64,000 bases of DNA. Source: Anaerovoracaceae bacterium. GTDB taxonomy: Bacteria > Bacillota > Clostridia > Peptostreptococcales > Anaerovoracaceae. The DNA is taken from assembly GCA_963678385.1 (NCBI GenBank), contig OY782829.1, positions 781,397 through 845,396 on the forward strand. The letters run 5' to 3'. Made by a program: the position numbers and the translations under genes. This document shows, one piece after another, positions 18,644 through 28,698 of this stretch. The stretch's first letter is position 1. Each line of letters opens with the position of its first letter. The notes below the pieces were generated by a model. It ran no database searches and had not been told where the DNA came from. It saw nothing but the letters and a program-made list of their open reading frames with translations.

Positions 18644-19774
18644 ATGGCAAATAATTTAAAGAGTACGACAATGGCATGGGGTTCTCCGGGACGGTACATT
18701 CAGGGACCGGGAGAGCTTATGAATCTTCCCAAGTATACTTCCAAATACGGTGAAAACGTGTTTGTGGTCATTGACCAGTTCTTTTTTAAAGATCTCACTG
18801 AAAAATTATCGAAATTATATGGAGAACGTTCCGGCAAATTCCTGACTGCCATTTTTGATACAGAAGTATCTGAGGAACAGATCGCGGCGAAAACAGCGGT
18901 GGCAAGTAAAATCTCGCCGAATGTCATCGTCGGGATCGGCGGCGGAAAAACCCTGGACACGGCAAAAGCAGTAGCCGATGACTTGAAGGTCCCTGTTATC
19001 ATTATTCCGACGTCGGCTTCCACCGACGCGCCAACCAGCGCGTTGTCGGTCATTTATAAACCGAATGGGGAACACTCTCATGCACGTCATTATATCAAGA
19101 GCCCTGACATCGTACTGATCGACAGCAAAATCATAGCGGACGCTCCCGTCAGATTCCTCGTCTCCGGTATGGGAGACGCATTGGCGACGGTGTTTGAAGC
19201 AAAAGCAAACGCGGCGTCGGACAGCGCGAATTACATAGCGGGCGAATCCGGAGAATTCAGAAGAACAAAAACCGCAATGGTCATTGCTCAGGCCTGCTAT
19301 GATAACCTCATCGCAAACGGTCTGAAGGCTAAGCTTGCGGCGGAAAATCACTGCGTAACTGAAGCCTTGGAAACCATAATCGAAGTGAATACGCTTATGA
19401 GCGGATTGGGATTTGAAAATACCGGCTGCGCGGCTGCACACTCGGTCTGCGAAGGCATTACCGCCGTACCGGATGCAGGTAAAATGCAGCACGGCGAGCA
19501 GGTTGCCTTTGGTACTGTCTGTCAGCTGGTTGCGGAAAATGCGCCGAAGGAAGTTATTGACGAAGTGGTCGGCTTCTGCATGAGCGTTGGACTTCCCATT
19601 ACGCTGGAAGATGTAAAGGTCAATCCTACGAAAGAAAATGTAAGAATTATCGCGGAATCTTCCGTAAAGAATTCCTACTGGGCGGCACAGCCGGCTCCTG
19701 TCACGGTTGAATCCGTGATGGACATCATATTTACCGCAAATGCGCTGGGCCATTACTATTACAAGCAAGGTTAA
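18644..19774 (+). CDS. gldA: Glycerol dehydrogenase family (metal-dependent polyol dehydrogenase)
   Basis: SPGRYIQG, GIGGGKTLDTAK, PTSASTDAP, GMGDALAT, LMSGLGFEN, HGEQVAFG. Confidence 0.85.
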   Translation: MANNLKSTTMAWGSPGRYIQGPGELMNLPKYTSKYGENVFVVIDQFFFKDLTEKLSKLYGERSGKFLTAIFDTEVSEEQIAAKTAVASKISPNVIVGIGGGKTLDTAKAVADDLKVPVIIIPTSASTDAPTSALSVIYKPNGEHSHARHYIKSPDIVLIDSKIIADAPVRFLVSGMGDALATVFEAKANAASDSANYIAGESGEFRRTKTAMVIAQACYDNLIANGLKAKLAAENHCVTEALETIIEVNTLMSGLGFENTGCAAAHSVCEGITAVPDAGKMQHGEQVAFGTVCQLVAENAPKEVIDEVVGFCMSVGLPITLEDVKVNPTKENVRIIAESSVKNSYWAAQPAPVTVESVMDIIFTANALGHYYYKQG

Positions 19775-19812
19775 ATCAGCTTTTTCATTTTTCTCACTCC
19801 ATTAAATGTTTT

Positions 19813-19859
19813 AAAAAAGAACTGCCATATTTCAATCATGAATATGGCAGTTCTTTTTT
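19813..19859. terminator. Bidirectional terminator
   Basis: aaaaaagaactgccatatt...aatatggcagttctttttt. Confidence 0.85.
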
Positions 19860-19882
19860 ATCCTAAACTATTTGTGGAGGAG

Positions 19883-20836
19883 CTATTTGTTGACAACAAA
19901 CGGACAATCTTTTCCGGATAACACGTCGATTAAATTTTTAACGGACAGATCGGCCATATTTTCCACCGCTTCCCCGGTATGGGCTCCGGTATGCGGGGTA
20001 GCCACTACGTTATTCAAAGTGAATAGCGGGGAATCCGTTGGAGGCTCGATTTCAAAGGCGTCCAGCGCCAGGCCGCCGAGCCTGCCGTTTTTTAACGCGT
20101 CATATGCGGCGTCTTCGTCAATAATGCCGCCTCTTGATGTATTTACAAGGAGTGCTGAGGGTTTCATCTTTGCGAGTGCGGAGGCGCCGATCAAGTGTTG
20201 TGTGGATTCTATGAGCGGGAGGTGTAGGCTTATCACGTCTGCCTGCTCCAATACTTCGTCGAAAGTGCTTGCCTTTATCGCGTTGTTCCTGCAATACTCT
20301 TCATTAATATAGGGATCGTAGGCCATAACGGTCATATCAAATCCCTTGGCGCAGCGGGCGACGACCTTGCCGATGGCGCCGAGACCCATGATGCCGATGG
20401 TCTTTCCCTTTAATTCCATGCCGGTGGAGCGGATCCATCCGCCTTTGCAGACACTGGCATGAAGATAAGGTATCCTTCTCGCCAACGACAGGATAAGCCC
20501 GAATGCCAGCTCGCCTACGGCTTCCGCGTTTACCCCCGGCGTATTGGTGACCGGAATGGATAATGCACTGGCAGCGGCGACGTCTACGCGGTCGTAGCCG
20601 GCGCCGTAGCGGGAGATCACCTTTAAATGCTCGCAGGACCTGAGGACTTTTTCGGTTACAAAGTCCAGGCCGGCGATATAGCCGTCGCAGTCCTTCAGCA
20701 GAGGAAGCAATTCCTCCTCGGTCAGCGGTTTTCCCGTCGTATTGAATACTAAATCATTTGAAAAAGCCTTTAATTCCTCCAGAGCCCTTGAGCTTTTTCC
20801 GGGCTGCATGGAAGTGGGCGTCACCAGTATCTTCAT
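19883..20836 (-). CDS. D-isomer-specific 2-hydroxyacid dehydrogenase (PGDH-like, no ACT domain)
   Basis: ISRYGAGYD, NTPGVNA, GLGAIG, LVNTSRGG, ALDAFEIEP, TPHTGA. Confidence 0.9.
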   Translation of the reverse strand: MKILVTPTSMQPGKSSRALEELKAFSNDLVFNTTGKPLTEEELLPLLKDCDGYIAGLDFVTEKVLRSCEHLKVISRYGAGYDRVDVAAASALSIPVTNTPGVNAEAVGELAFGLILSLARRIPYLHASVCKGGWIRSTGMELKGKTIGIMGLGAIGKVVARCAKGFDMTVMAYDPYINEEYCRNNAIKASTFDEVLEQADVISLHLPLIESTQHLIGASALAKMKPSALLVNTSRGGIIDEDAAYDALKNGRLGGLALDAFEIEPPTDSPLFTLNNVVATPHTGAHTGEAVENMADLSVKNLIDVLSGKDCPFVVNK

Positions 20837-20872
20837 ATATGTATGCTCCTTTTTAACATTCTATCCGGCGCT

Positions 20873-21502
20873 TTAGCGTACCAATTCAACAGCCTCGGCT
20901 GTCAAGCGTGCGATTTCCTTGAAATCGCCGGAGTTGATGAGCTTGTCTGAAGCCATCCAGCTGCCGCCGCAGGCAATGATTTTTTTGGAAGCGAGAAAAT
21001 CTAAAATATTGGATTGATTGATTCCACCTGTGGGCATAAACCGGACGGAGGGGAACGGCGCGGCCAGGGCGTTGATCGTGTCCAGGCCCCCGTATTGCTT
21101 CGCCGGGAAAAATTTCATGACAGGCAGATCATACTCAAGCGCCATCATAAGCTCCGTGGGCGTACAGATCCCCGGAAAAATCATCAGCTTATTTTTTAAA
21201 GCGTACTCGGTAACTTTACTGCTGAAACCGGGAGATACGATAAATTTGGCGCCTGCATCAACTGCTCTCTTTGCCTGCTCTTCATTTACTACAGTACCGG
21301 CGCCCACCAGCATATCGGGAAATTCCTTCGCTATGATGCGGATGGATTCCTCGGCAGCCTCGGTCCGAAACGTTATTTCCGCCACGGGCAGGCCGCCTGT
21401 GCAGAGCGCTTCGGCCAGCGGTTTGGCGTCTGCAGCTTTATCCAGTTTTACTACCGGTACGATTTTTTTTAATTCAACCTCTTTTAAAATATCATCAAAC
21501 AT
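20873..21502 (-). CDS. eda: KDPG/KHG aldolase
   Basis: EITFRT, GAGTV, FIVSPG, KFFPA Schiff-base Lys, FMPTGGI. Confidence 0.92.
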   Translation of the reverse strand: MFDDILKEVELKKIVPVVKLDKAADAKPLAEALCTGGLPVAEITFRTEAAEESIRIIAKEFPDMLVGAGTVVNEEQAKRAVDAGAKFIVSPGFSSKVTEYALKNKLMIFPGICTPTELMMALEYDLPVMKFFPAKQYGGLDTINALAAPFPSVRFMPTGGINQSNILDFLASKKIIACGGSWMASDKLINSGDFKEIARLTAEAVELVR

Positions 21503-21541
21503 AAATTAACCTCCTATCGGATCCGTGCGTTCAACTTCGTA

Positions 21542-22495
21542 TTAAAACGCTAAAGCGCGGACACAGTTTTCATAAAAGAAATTATGGATCTGTTCTCCCT
21601 CAATGCCGGAATTTCGCATCAGCGGAATAAACGTTTTTAATATATAGTCCAGACCGACGGCGTGGTTGGTATAAGCACGAAGACGTTCCCTGGTCGTGTC
21701 GAGGGAGCATAGGATCTGGCCCCCGTATCCAACCGCCAGCAGTTCTTTTATGATCTCAATTTCGCGTTCGTCGGTGTGATACTTGAAGCGTCCGATGGTA
21801 TCCAGTTCCGCAAACACGCCTTTGTCGACGATTCTTTTTATCGTGTCGACGTCGTCGCAGGCTCTGTCCAGATGGCAAAAGATCAATTTGCCCGCGGGGA
21901 CTCCTCTTAAAGTGAGAAATTTAAGCAGCGCCAACGGATCGCTGCCCTGTTCGATATGAACCATCATGGGAGCGCCGGTGCTGATCGCCGCATCGATCGC
22001 TGCAAGAAATAAACGCTGATACCGGTCGGTCAGACCCTCTTTATCAAGGGCGGTCTTTATGATACCGGCTTTCAAAGAACAAAACGCGTGGGGCTCGGAT
22101 GTATCGCTGCCGACAAATATTCCCTTTGTGATCTCGTGGATATAAATCTCAGCAAGTCTATTTTTGGAATAAGTATGTATCCAATGTTGCTCCGGATAAA
22201 AGTACAGCTTATGGAAGCCGGTGGAGCAGATAATGTTGACGCCGGTTTCTTCCGACAGCACCCCCAGAGCGGATTCCATGCGGTTGCAGCCCACAGGCTG
22301 AGCGTCGATCACCGACTGGCCGCCTGCGGCCCGGTAATGGAGCAGCTCCACTTTGCTTTTCGAAATGTCGTCAATACAAAGCGCCGGATTGACGTCATAA
22401 GAGACTCCCTTGCTGATCATCAAATGTTCGTGACATTGACAGAAGCCCAGCTTTTGGGAAGGGATAACTCCGGATATTGTCTTGATATTGGACAT
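21542..22495 (-). CDS. Phosphotriesterase-related amidohydrolase (lactonase-like)
   Basis: CHEHL metal motif, AGIIK, VHIE, FCHLDR, SLD; start at ATG 22495. Confidence 0.85.
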   Translation of the reverse strand: MSNIKTISGVIPSQKLGFCQCHEHLMISKGVSYDVNPALCIDDISKSKVELLHYRAAGGQSVIDAQPVGCNRMESALGVLSEETGVNIICSTGFHKLYFYPEQHWIHTYSKNRLAEIYIHEITKGIFVGSDTSEPHAFCSLKAGIIKTALDKEGLTDRYQRLFLAAIDAAISTGAPMMVHIEQGSDPLALLKFLTLRGVPAGKLIFCHLDRACDDVDTIKRIVDKGVFAELDTIGRFKYHTDEREIEIIKELLAVGYGGQILCSLDTTRERLRAYTNHAVGLDYILKTFIPLMRNSGIEGEQIHNFFYENCVRALAF

Positions 22496-22505
22496 GATCG
22501 CCTCC

Positions 22506-23087
22506 TTACCAGTTCGGGTTATCGGTAATGATCGGCTTCCCATCCTTTTCTAAAACAATTTTATGGAAACCCTTCAACTCGATGGTGCCGTAATCATGGC
22601 CGGCATCGGCAGCAAAGGTGAAAAACAGAACAAGGGGTTCGGTTCCTGTGTTGACGGTCCTGTGGGCATAGCGCCTTGGAACATATAATGCGGCACCCTT
22701 AGATAATGGCTCCACAAGCGATTCGCCTTCCGGGTTTTCCATAACCATATATCCTTCGCCGGAGAGGGTATAATACACCTCGGCGGTTTCTAAAACGGTA
22801 TGGAAATGGCCCTTTGTCATATAGTACTCGGATCCGACCTTCCCGGGATATATAATGGTGGTGCCGAATAAAAGGTCTCCGGCTCTTTCCGGACAGCCCA
22901 ACTCGTGAAATTCATATATGACAGGATCTTTGTCGACTAATATTCTCTTGGCTTCCGACCGATCCGCAAATACGTTTTTCATATTCGATAAATACCGCTT
23001 TGTCGTGACGGCAGCTTTCGATAATCCGTTTTCGAGGTCAAAATCCACAAGAAAGCTTTTATCCCAATTAAAGTTATTCATAATCAT
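22506..23087 (-). CDS. Cupin-type glucose-6-phosphate isomerase family protein
   Basis: GTTIIYPGKVG.EYYMTKGHFH, AEVY..LSGEG, YVP...AHRTVNTG. Confidence 0.88.
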   Translation of the reverse strand: MIMNNFNWDKSFLVDFDLENGLSKAAVTTKRYLSNMKNVFADRSEAKRILVDKDPVIYEFHELGCPERAGDLLFGTTIIYPGKVGSEYYMTKGHFHTVLETAEVYYTLSGEGYMVMENPEGESLVEPLSKGAALYVPRRYAHRTVNTGTEPLVLFFTFAADAGHDYGTIELKGFHKIVLEKDGKPIITDNPNW

Positions 23088-23097
23088 CCCTCTTTCC

Positions 23098-24033
23098 TTA
23101 TAATTTGGCGATCCGGCTCAAATTCTCCAATCGGTCACCTTTGATTTCAATATGGAATACTTCTGCGATAACCTGTGTCCAGCCATGGATGAAGTAGATC
23201 CATCCGTCTTCCACATGGAGGTTTTTCGCTGCAGCCTGTGATTCGGCCTGCCGCTTGAACAATAAGTCGCCGCGGTAATTGATCTCCCAAACCAGACTTT
23301 CCCGCGGAAATTCGCAGCCGTCGGTAAGAGGGGAACCCGGGGCGTCTTTGCCGAGGCCCGTAGCATTGACGATCAGAGAGTGAGGCTTTAATGACGCCAG
23401 CGTCCGGTCATTATCTTCAGGAGTTGGATTATGTACAAATTCAAATTTTATCTGAGGATGGATCCCGTCCAGGATCGCTTTTGCAGATTCCAGGCGGGGC
23501 AGGCTCCGATTGGCGATGATAATGCGTTTCGGAACGTTTGCACCGATCTTTTCCTGCGCGAAGTAAACCGACATCGCAAGAGTGCTTCCGCCGGCGCCCA
23601 GCAGCAGAACGTCGCCGCCGTGATCCTTCCAGTAATTTGCCGGCACAAAATTCGCCAGGGCTAAGCCGCTGGAGATGGGGTCCTTCGCATGCGCGCACAA
23701 TTTTCCGTCTTCTTTGGAGATGGAAGAAACTTCTCCCAGTCTTTCGGCATATGGATCAACGTAATCAAAGAGATCACGGCAGGTTTGAAATAAATCGATT
23801 TTATGTGTGGTGACAAGTGCTCCCAAAGAAAGGGGATCGTTTTTTATAAATTCCACAGCTTCACGGTATTCTTCGGCCGGGGAATGGGGCTTAAAATCGA
23901 TCCCTTTTATCACGGAATCTTTCAGCCCAAGAAAATCAGCCCATTTCGGGAAGACTTTCATAATGGAAGACTGGTCCGTTGTAACCCCAATGAAATAAAT
24001 TGTTGGAGCAGTTGCTTTTTCATAGTTGGCCAT
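23098..24033 (-). CDS. Shikimate dehydrogenase-like oxidoreductase of unknown substrate
   Basis: ALVTTHK, LLGAGG, IANRS, VNATGLG; divergent N-terminus FIGVTTDQSSIMKVFP. Confidence 0.72.
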   Translation of the reverse strand: MANYEKATAPTIYFIGVTTDQSSIMKVFPKWADFLGLKDSVIKGIDFKPHSPAEEYREAVEFIKNDPLSLGALVTTHKIDLFQTCRDLFDYVDPYAERLGEVSSISKEDGKLCAHAKDPISSGLALANFVPANYWKDHGGDVLLLGAGGSTLAMSVYFAQEKIGANVPKRIIIANRSLPRLESAKAILDGIHPQIKFEFVHNPTPEDNDRTLASLKPHSLIVNATGLGKDAPGSPLTDGCEFPRESLVWEINYRGDLLFKRQAESQAAAKNLHVEDGWIYFIHGWTQVIAEVFHIEIKGDRLENLSRIAKL

Positions 24034-24133
24034 TGTTGATTTCCTTTCTTAAGTTATTGTTAACAATGCTAGGTTGTAATGTTACAACGTATATAATGAA
24101 TAATTACTGCTCCTTGGAAGGGAGCAGTAAAAA

Positions 24134-25135
24134 CTATGCTTCGATATTCAGCAGGCTCATGGTAGCCGGAAGCTCATGGGCAGTGTTGACCTTATCGCTG
24201 CCGACTACACAGTCAAAACACGAAACCGCGATTTTGCCGTTCCAGACGCACGGCTCGCCGGGCTGATCCAATTCTCCGTTAAAACCGTCGGTATCGGGGC
24301 TTTGCGCAATACGTTTCACATGCCCGTCCCGGTCTACTCTGGCAACTGCGTTTACTACAAAATCAGCCACATAGATGTTACCGAATTCGTCGATGGTCAT
24401 GCCGTCCGTAGAACGCAAGTTTTGAGGATCCCTTGCAAATGACTTATTCTCCCTGATGCTGCCGTCTTCGTTGAAGGTGATCTTAAAGATCTCGCCGTCG
24501 CCGAAGTTTCCGACATACAGATTTCCCTCGTGGTCAAATACGATGCCGTCCATTCCGTATTGGTCATCCGGATTGTGGGTGAGCCATGTTTCAAATATGT
24601 TCTTATCGTCCAGTGTGTTCGTGATATGTATGTTTTCGTCGTCCAGATGAAAACGGTAGACACAGCTGAGTAATTTGCCGGATTCTGTTTTCACTTTCTC
24701 CATCGTGCTTTGTGTGACGTATATGTAGTCGCCTTTTATGCGGATGCCGTTGGGATGCTCCATTCCTTCGGCGATAACGGTAACCTTTTCGATCGTGTCC
24801 CCGTTCATTCTGACACGGAGGATACGGCCCTGGAACTTAAGACGTTCGTCTCCGGACCAGCCTTGATTATCGACTATGTAAAGATCCCAGTCAGGGCCGA
24901 AGGCAAGGCCCATGGCTCTGGCTTCCTTTGTTTTCTCATGTAATGGTACATCGAACCATTTTCTGACGTTGCCGTTGGTATCGATTTTGGCGATGCAGCT
25001 TGGCATGGACATATCTGCAAAGTTAGGACATGCAAGTATTAAATTTCCTTCCCGGTCGACTTCCATCCCATCCGGGGTGCAAATGAATTCCTTGGGCAGC
25101 AGTGCCAATAGTTTTGGTGTTTGCATACGAACCAT
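24134..25135 (-). CDS. SMP-30/gluconolactonase family beta-propeller
   Basis: TPDGM, PNGI, MDGIVFD..GNLYV, DGMTIDEFGNIYVA repeats. Confidence 0.85.
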   Translation of the reverse strand: MVRMQTPKLLALLPKEFICTPDGMEVDREGNLILACPNFADMSMPSCIAKIDTNGNVRKWFDVPLHEKTKEARAMGLAFGPDWDLYIVDNQGWSGDERLKFQGRILRVRMNGDTIEKVTVIAEGMEHPNGIRIKGDYIYVTQSTMEKVKTESGKLLSCVYRFHLDDENIHITNTLDDKNIFETWLTHNPDDQYGMDGIVFDHEGNLYVGNFGDGEIFKITFNEDGSIRENKSFARDPQNLRSTDGMTIDEFGNIYVADFVVNAVARVDRDGHVKRIAQSPDTDGFNGELDQPGEPCVWNGKIAVSCFDCVVGSDKVNTAHELPATMSLLNIEA

Positions 25136-25293
25136 CCTTTTTATTATGTTATGACATTACTATATTACAATACTACGATAAAAAGAATAACATATTATTT
25201 TATACTTGAAAAGCATAAATTTTAAAAAATTATTTACTTTTAAAATAAAACAGGGTTATCATGTAGGAAATATGTAGTATTTTGGAGGGGTAT

Positions 25294-26415
25294 ATGAACG
25301 CAGGCAGCAATAATATGGAGGTCAGGAAGGCCAATAAGAACAGGGCATTTCGTTACATCTGCCAGAAAGAAAGAGTATCGAAGCCTGAAATCGCAGCGGC
25401 GCTTGGCATTAGTGTACCCACCGTACTTCAGCTGGTAAACAAGCTGGAGGAGGACAATCTTGTATTTGAAGTGGGAGAGTGCGATTCAAAGGGCGGAAGA
25501 AAGGCGAAAGCAGTCGGACCAAACTGGGATGCCGCTTACGCCATCGGACTGGATATCACCAAAAACCATATCAGTCTGATCTATACCGACTTATCAAAGC
25601 AGGCGCTGGAGCACGTTCGAATCAACAAAGCCTTTGAAGACACGGAGGATTATTATAAAGAGGTCACCGATACTCTGAAAGACTTTATCCGGGATTATCA
25701 TATTCCGGAAGATAAAATAGTGGGCGTAGGGATATCGATACCGGGAATCGTCGACGGCGCCAACAATCGCATTGAGAGATCCCACGTCTTAAATCTATAC
25801 GACGTTCCCTGCGAACGGTTTGGAAAATATCTTCCTTATCCGACCATTCTGATCAACGACGCAAATGCCGCGGGAAGGACAGAAATAGACAGCGAAAGAA
25901 TCAAAAATAATATTGTCTATCTGTCGCTGAGCAATAGTGTTGGCGGCACCGTGATCATGGGGGATATATTCAGCGGAAACAACTGGCGGTCCGGCGAATT
26001 TGGACATATGGTCGTAGCCGGAGCCGAAGGGACCTGCTACTGCGGGAAAAAGGGGTGCTTTGACGTATGCTGTTCCGCGCTTCGCCTAGCCGACCTGGCT
26101 GACGGAAAGCTTGAAACATTTTTTGAGGGCCTGGAACAGCAGAACCCGGAATACAAGAAAGCATGGGACAAATATTTGTCATATCTTGCGACCATGGTGG
26201 AAAACCTCCACATGGCATTCGACTGCGATATCATTTTAGGGGGTTATGTCGGGAGCTTTATGGGACCATACATAAGGGAATTCCAGGCCAGGATCGCCAA
26301 AGACAATATCTTTGGAAACACAGGAACGTATGTAAAGTCGTGCAGATACCAATTTGAGGCGGCAGCATTGGGAGCCGCGCTTTTCTTTATTGAGAAATTC
26401 ATGAAGGAAATTTAG
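25294..26415 (+). CDS. ROK-family transcriptional repressor
   Basis: N-terminal HTH, GGRKA, IGLDI, INDANA, SGEFGHM, CYCGKKGC. Confidence 0.92.
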   Translation: MNAGSNNMEVRKANKNRAFRYICQKERVSKPEIAAALGISVPTVLQLVNKLEEDNLVFEVGECDSKGGRKAKAVGPNWDAAYAIGLDITKNHISLIYTDLSKQALEHVRINKAFEDTEDYYKEVTDTLKDFIRDYHIPEDKIVGVGISIPGIVDGANNRIERSHVLNLYDVPCERFGKYLPYPTILINDANAAGRTEIDSERIKNNIVYLSLSNSVGGTVIMGDIFSGNNWRSGEFGHMVVAGAEGTCYCGKKGCFDVCCSALRLADLADGKLETFFEGLEQQNPEYKKAWDKYLSYLATMVENLHMAFDCDIILGGYVGSFMGPYIREFQARIAKDNIFGNTGTYVKSCRYQFEAAALGAALFFIEKFMKEI

Positions 26416-26560
26416 TACAGCTGCCATTATCAAAAAACTGAAAATCGCTTTTTTGCCTCCTGCCGGGAATCGGCGGGAGGCTTCTCTTTTTTCGATCCAG
26501 TTCTGACAAATTTTACAATTAAAAAGTATTGACAAACAGAAAAAGAAGGATTAGCATAAT

Positions 26561-26593
26561 AATGACTTTGTTAAAGATATTAATAAAGTCATT
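26561..26593. promoter_or_regulatory. 33-bp palindromic operator candidate (ROK type)
   Basis: aatgactttgttaa-agata-ttaataaagtcatt just downstream of a TTGACA at 26529. Confidence 0.7.
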
Positions 26594-26619
26594 AACGAAG
26601 AAAGGAGGAAATGCGAATC

Positions 26620-27657
26620 ATGAAAGTAGCTGTTATGACTGGAATAGGGAAAATTGACTATATTGAAGCACCAATACCGGTCCCCAAGGATGATGAAGTT
26701 CTTGTCAAGCTGGAGTATGTGGGGATATGCGGCAGCGATCTGCATTATTATGAAAACGGCCGGATCGGCGATTACATAGTAGAACCGCCTTTTGTCCTGG
26801 GACATGAGCCGGGAGGAATCGTTACGGAAGTCGGCAAAAATGTTACCCATTTAAAGGTCGGGGATAAAGTTGCCCTGGAACCGGGAAAGACCTGCGGAAA
26901 GTGCCGCTTTTGCAGAGAAGGAAAGTATAATTTATGCCCGGACGTCATATTCTTTGCGACGCCGCCCGTAGACGGAGTTTTTCAGGAATATGTGGCCCAT
27001 GAAGCGGCTTTGTGCTTTAAACTGCCGGACAACGTGAGTACGCTGGAAGGCGCGCTGATCGAACCTTTGGCGGTAGGCTTTCACGCTGCAGGCCAGGGGG
27101 ATGCCCATGCCGGGCAGAAAGCGGTCGTATTCGGAGCCGGATGCATCGGACTAGTGACAATGATGGCGCTCAAAGCCAGAGGAGTTACAAATGTAGTCGT
27201 TGTAGATATCATGCAGAAGAGACTGGATAAAGCGCTGGAACTGGGCGCCACAGCGGTGATCAACTCAGCGGAGGAAGACGTGCTTGCGCGTTCAAAGGAA
27301 TTGACGGCGGGTGAAGGCTTCGATCTGGCAATTGAAACGGCAGGAACTGAAATAACGGCGGCTCAATGTATCCAGGTGGTGAGAAAGGGCTCCACGATCG
27401 TATTGGTAGGCTATGGAAAATCGGGAATGATGAATTTGCCTATGAGCCTGGCACTTGACAAAGAAGTAACGTTCAAGACCGTGTTCCGGTATCGTCATAT
27501 TTATCCGATGGCGATTGAAGCAGTCGCTTCGGGAAAGGTAAATTTGAAGGGGATCGTGACCCACCAGTTTGATTTTGAGCATGTTCAGGAAGCCATGGAT
27601 AACTGTGTCAAAGATAAATCGAATATCGTAAAAGCCGTAATCAAGTTCACAAAATGA
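26620..27657 (+). CDS. Sorbitol/xylitol-type polyol dehydrogenase (MDR)
   Basis: GICGSDLHYY, GHEPGG, CGKCRFC...YNLC, GALIEPLAVG, VFRY. Confidence 0.88.
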   Translation: MKVAVMTGIGKIDYIEAPIPVPKDDEVLVKLEYVGICGSDLHYYENGRIGDYIVEPPFVLGHEPGGIVTEVGKNVTHLKVGDKVALEPGKTCGKCRFCREGKYNLCPDVIFFATPPVDGVFQEYVAHEAALCFKLPDNVSTLEGALIEPLAVGFHAAGQGDAHAGQKAVVFGAGCIGLVTMMALKARGVTNVVVVDIMQKRLDKALELGATAVINSAEEDVLARSKELTAGEGFDLAIETAGTEITAAQCIQVVRKGSTIVLVGYGKSGMMNLPMSLALDKEVTFKTVFRYRHIYPMAIEAVASGKVNLKGIVTHQFDFEHVQEAMDNCVKDKSNIVKAVIKFTK

Positions 27658-27675
27658 AAGGGGAGACCATAAATC

Positions 27676-28698
27676 ATGAAAGCGATTGTTTACAATGCGC
27701 CAAGAGACTATGAATTAAAAGACATTCCAAAACCAGCGATCGCACCAAATCAGGTGCTGATCAAGGTCGCGGCCTGCGGAGTGTGCAGGACAGATATGCA
27801 CATCCACGAGGGCGACTTTATCTCTGAATTTCCGTTGACGCCGGGACATGAATTTACAGGCGAAATCGTCGAAATCGGTTCGGAGGTATATGGGTTTTCA
27901 CTGGGAGACCGCGTAGTTGGCGACAATACGGTTCTTTGTGGTGAATGCTACTTTTGCAGAAGAAATCAACCGTTATTTTGTGAAAACTTTTATTCTTTGG
28001 GATGCAACGGGCCTGGAGGATTTGCGGAATATGTAAAGGTAAACTTCGATAAAGTCTTTCATATCAGCGACAACTTATCCTATGATCAGGCGATCTTCGC
28101 AGAACCATTAGCGTGCGCGATCCATGGTATGGACGTGATCGCACCGAAATGCGGCGATGATGTACTGATTTTCGGAGCGGGGCCGACGGGCATTTTGCTG
28201 ACTCAGCTGTTAAAGCACGGCGGAGCGGCGAATGTTGTAGTCTGTGCGTCCTCCCAGGAGAAATTGGATCTGATCCAGAAAAACGGATACGCGGAAACCG
28301 TGTTGATGGACCGCAACGATTATTCGAAACATGCTAAAACATTAAAAGAAAAATATCCTCACGGCTTTGATATCGTGATCGATGCCACAGGAGCACCGAA
28401 GGTATTGGAACAATGCTTCGATTTTCCTAAGAAAACCGGAAAGATCATTATCTACGGCGTATGTGCCAGTGACGCGAAGATTTCCGTTAATCCGTATCAA
28501 ATTTTCAGCAATGAATTAAAGGTACTGGGATCCTTCGCACAGACTCATTGTTTTGACCGAGCTGTGAAATACCTCGAAAACGGAGTCATAAAAGTTGACG
28601 ATCTGGTAGCAAAGCATTTTACTTTGGAGGAATTCGGAGAAGCCATGGATACCATGGTGAACGGCAAGGGCCTTTTAAAGCTGATCGTTACTCCGTAA
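27676..28698 (+). CDS. Zn-dependent polyol/alcohol dehydrogenase (arabitol/mannitol-DH-like)
   Basis: CGVCRTD, GHEFTG, CGECYFC...PLFC, GAGPTG, GSFAQ. Confidence 0.85.
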   Translation: MKAIVYNAPRDYELKDIPKPAIAPNQVLIKVAACGVCRTDMHIHEGDFISEFPLTPGHEFTGEIVEIGSEVYGFSLGDRVVGDNTVLCGECYFCRRNQPLFCENFYSLGCNGPGGFAEYVKVNFDKVFHISDNLSYDQAIFAEPLACAIHGMDVIAPKCGDDVLIFGAGPTGILLTQLLKHGGAANVVVCASSQEKLDLIQKNGYAETVLMDRNDYSKHAKTLKEKYPHGFDIVIDATGAPKVLEQCFDFPKKTGKIIIYGVCASDAKISVNPYQIFSNELKVLGSFAQTHCFDRAVKYLENGVIKVDDLVAKHFTLEEFGEAMDTMVNGKGLLKLIVTP

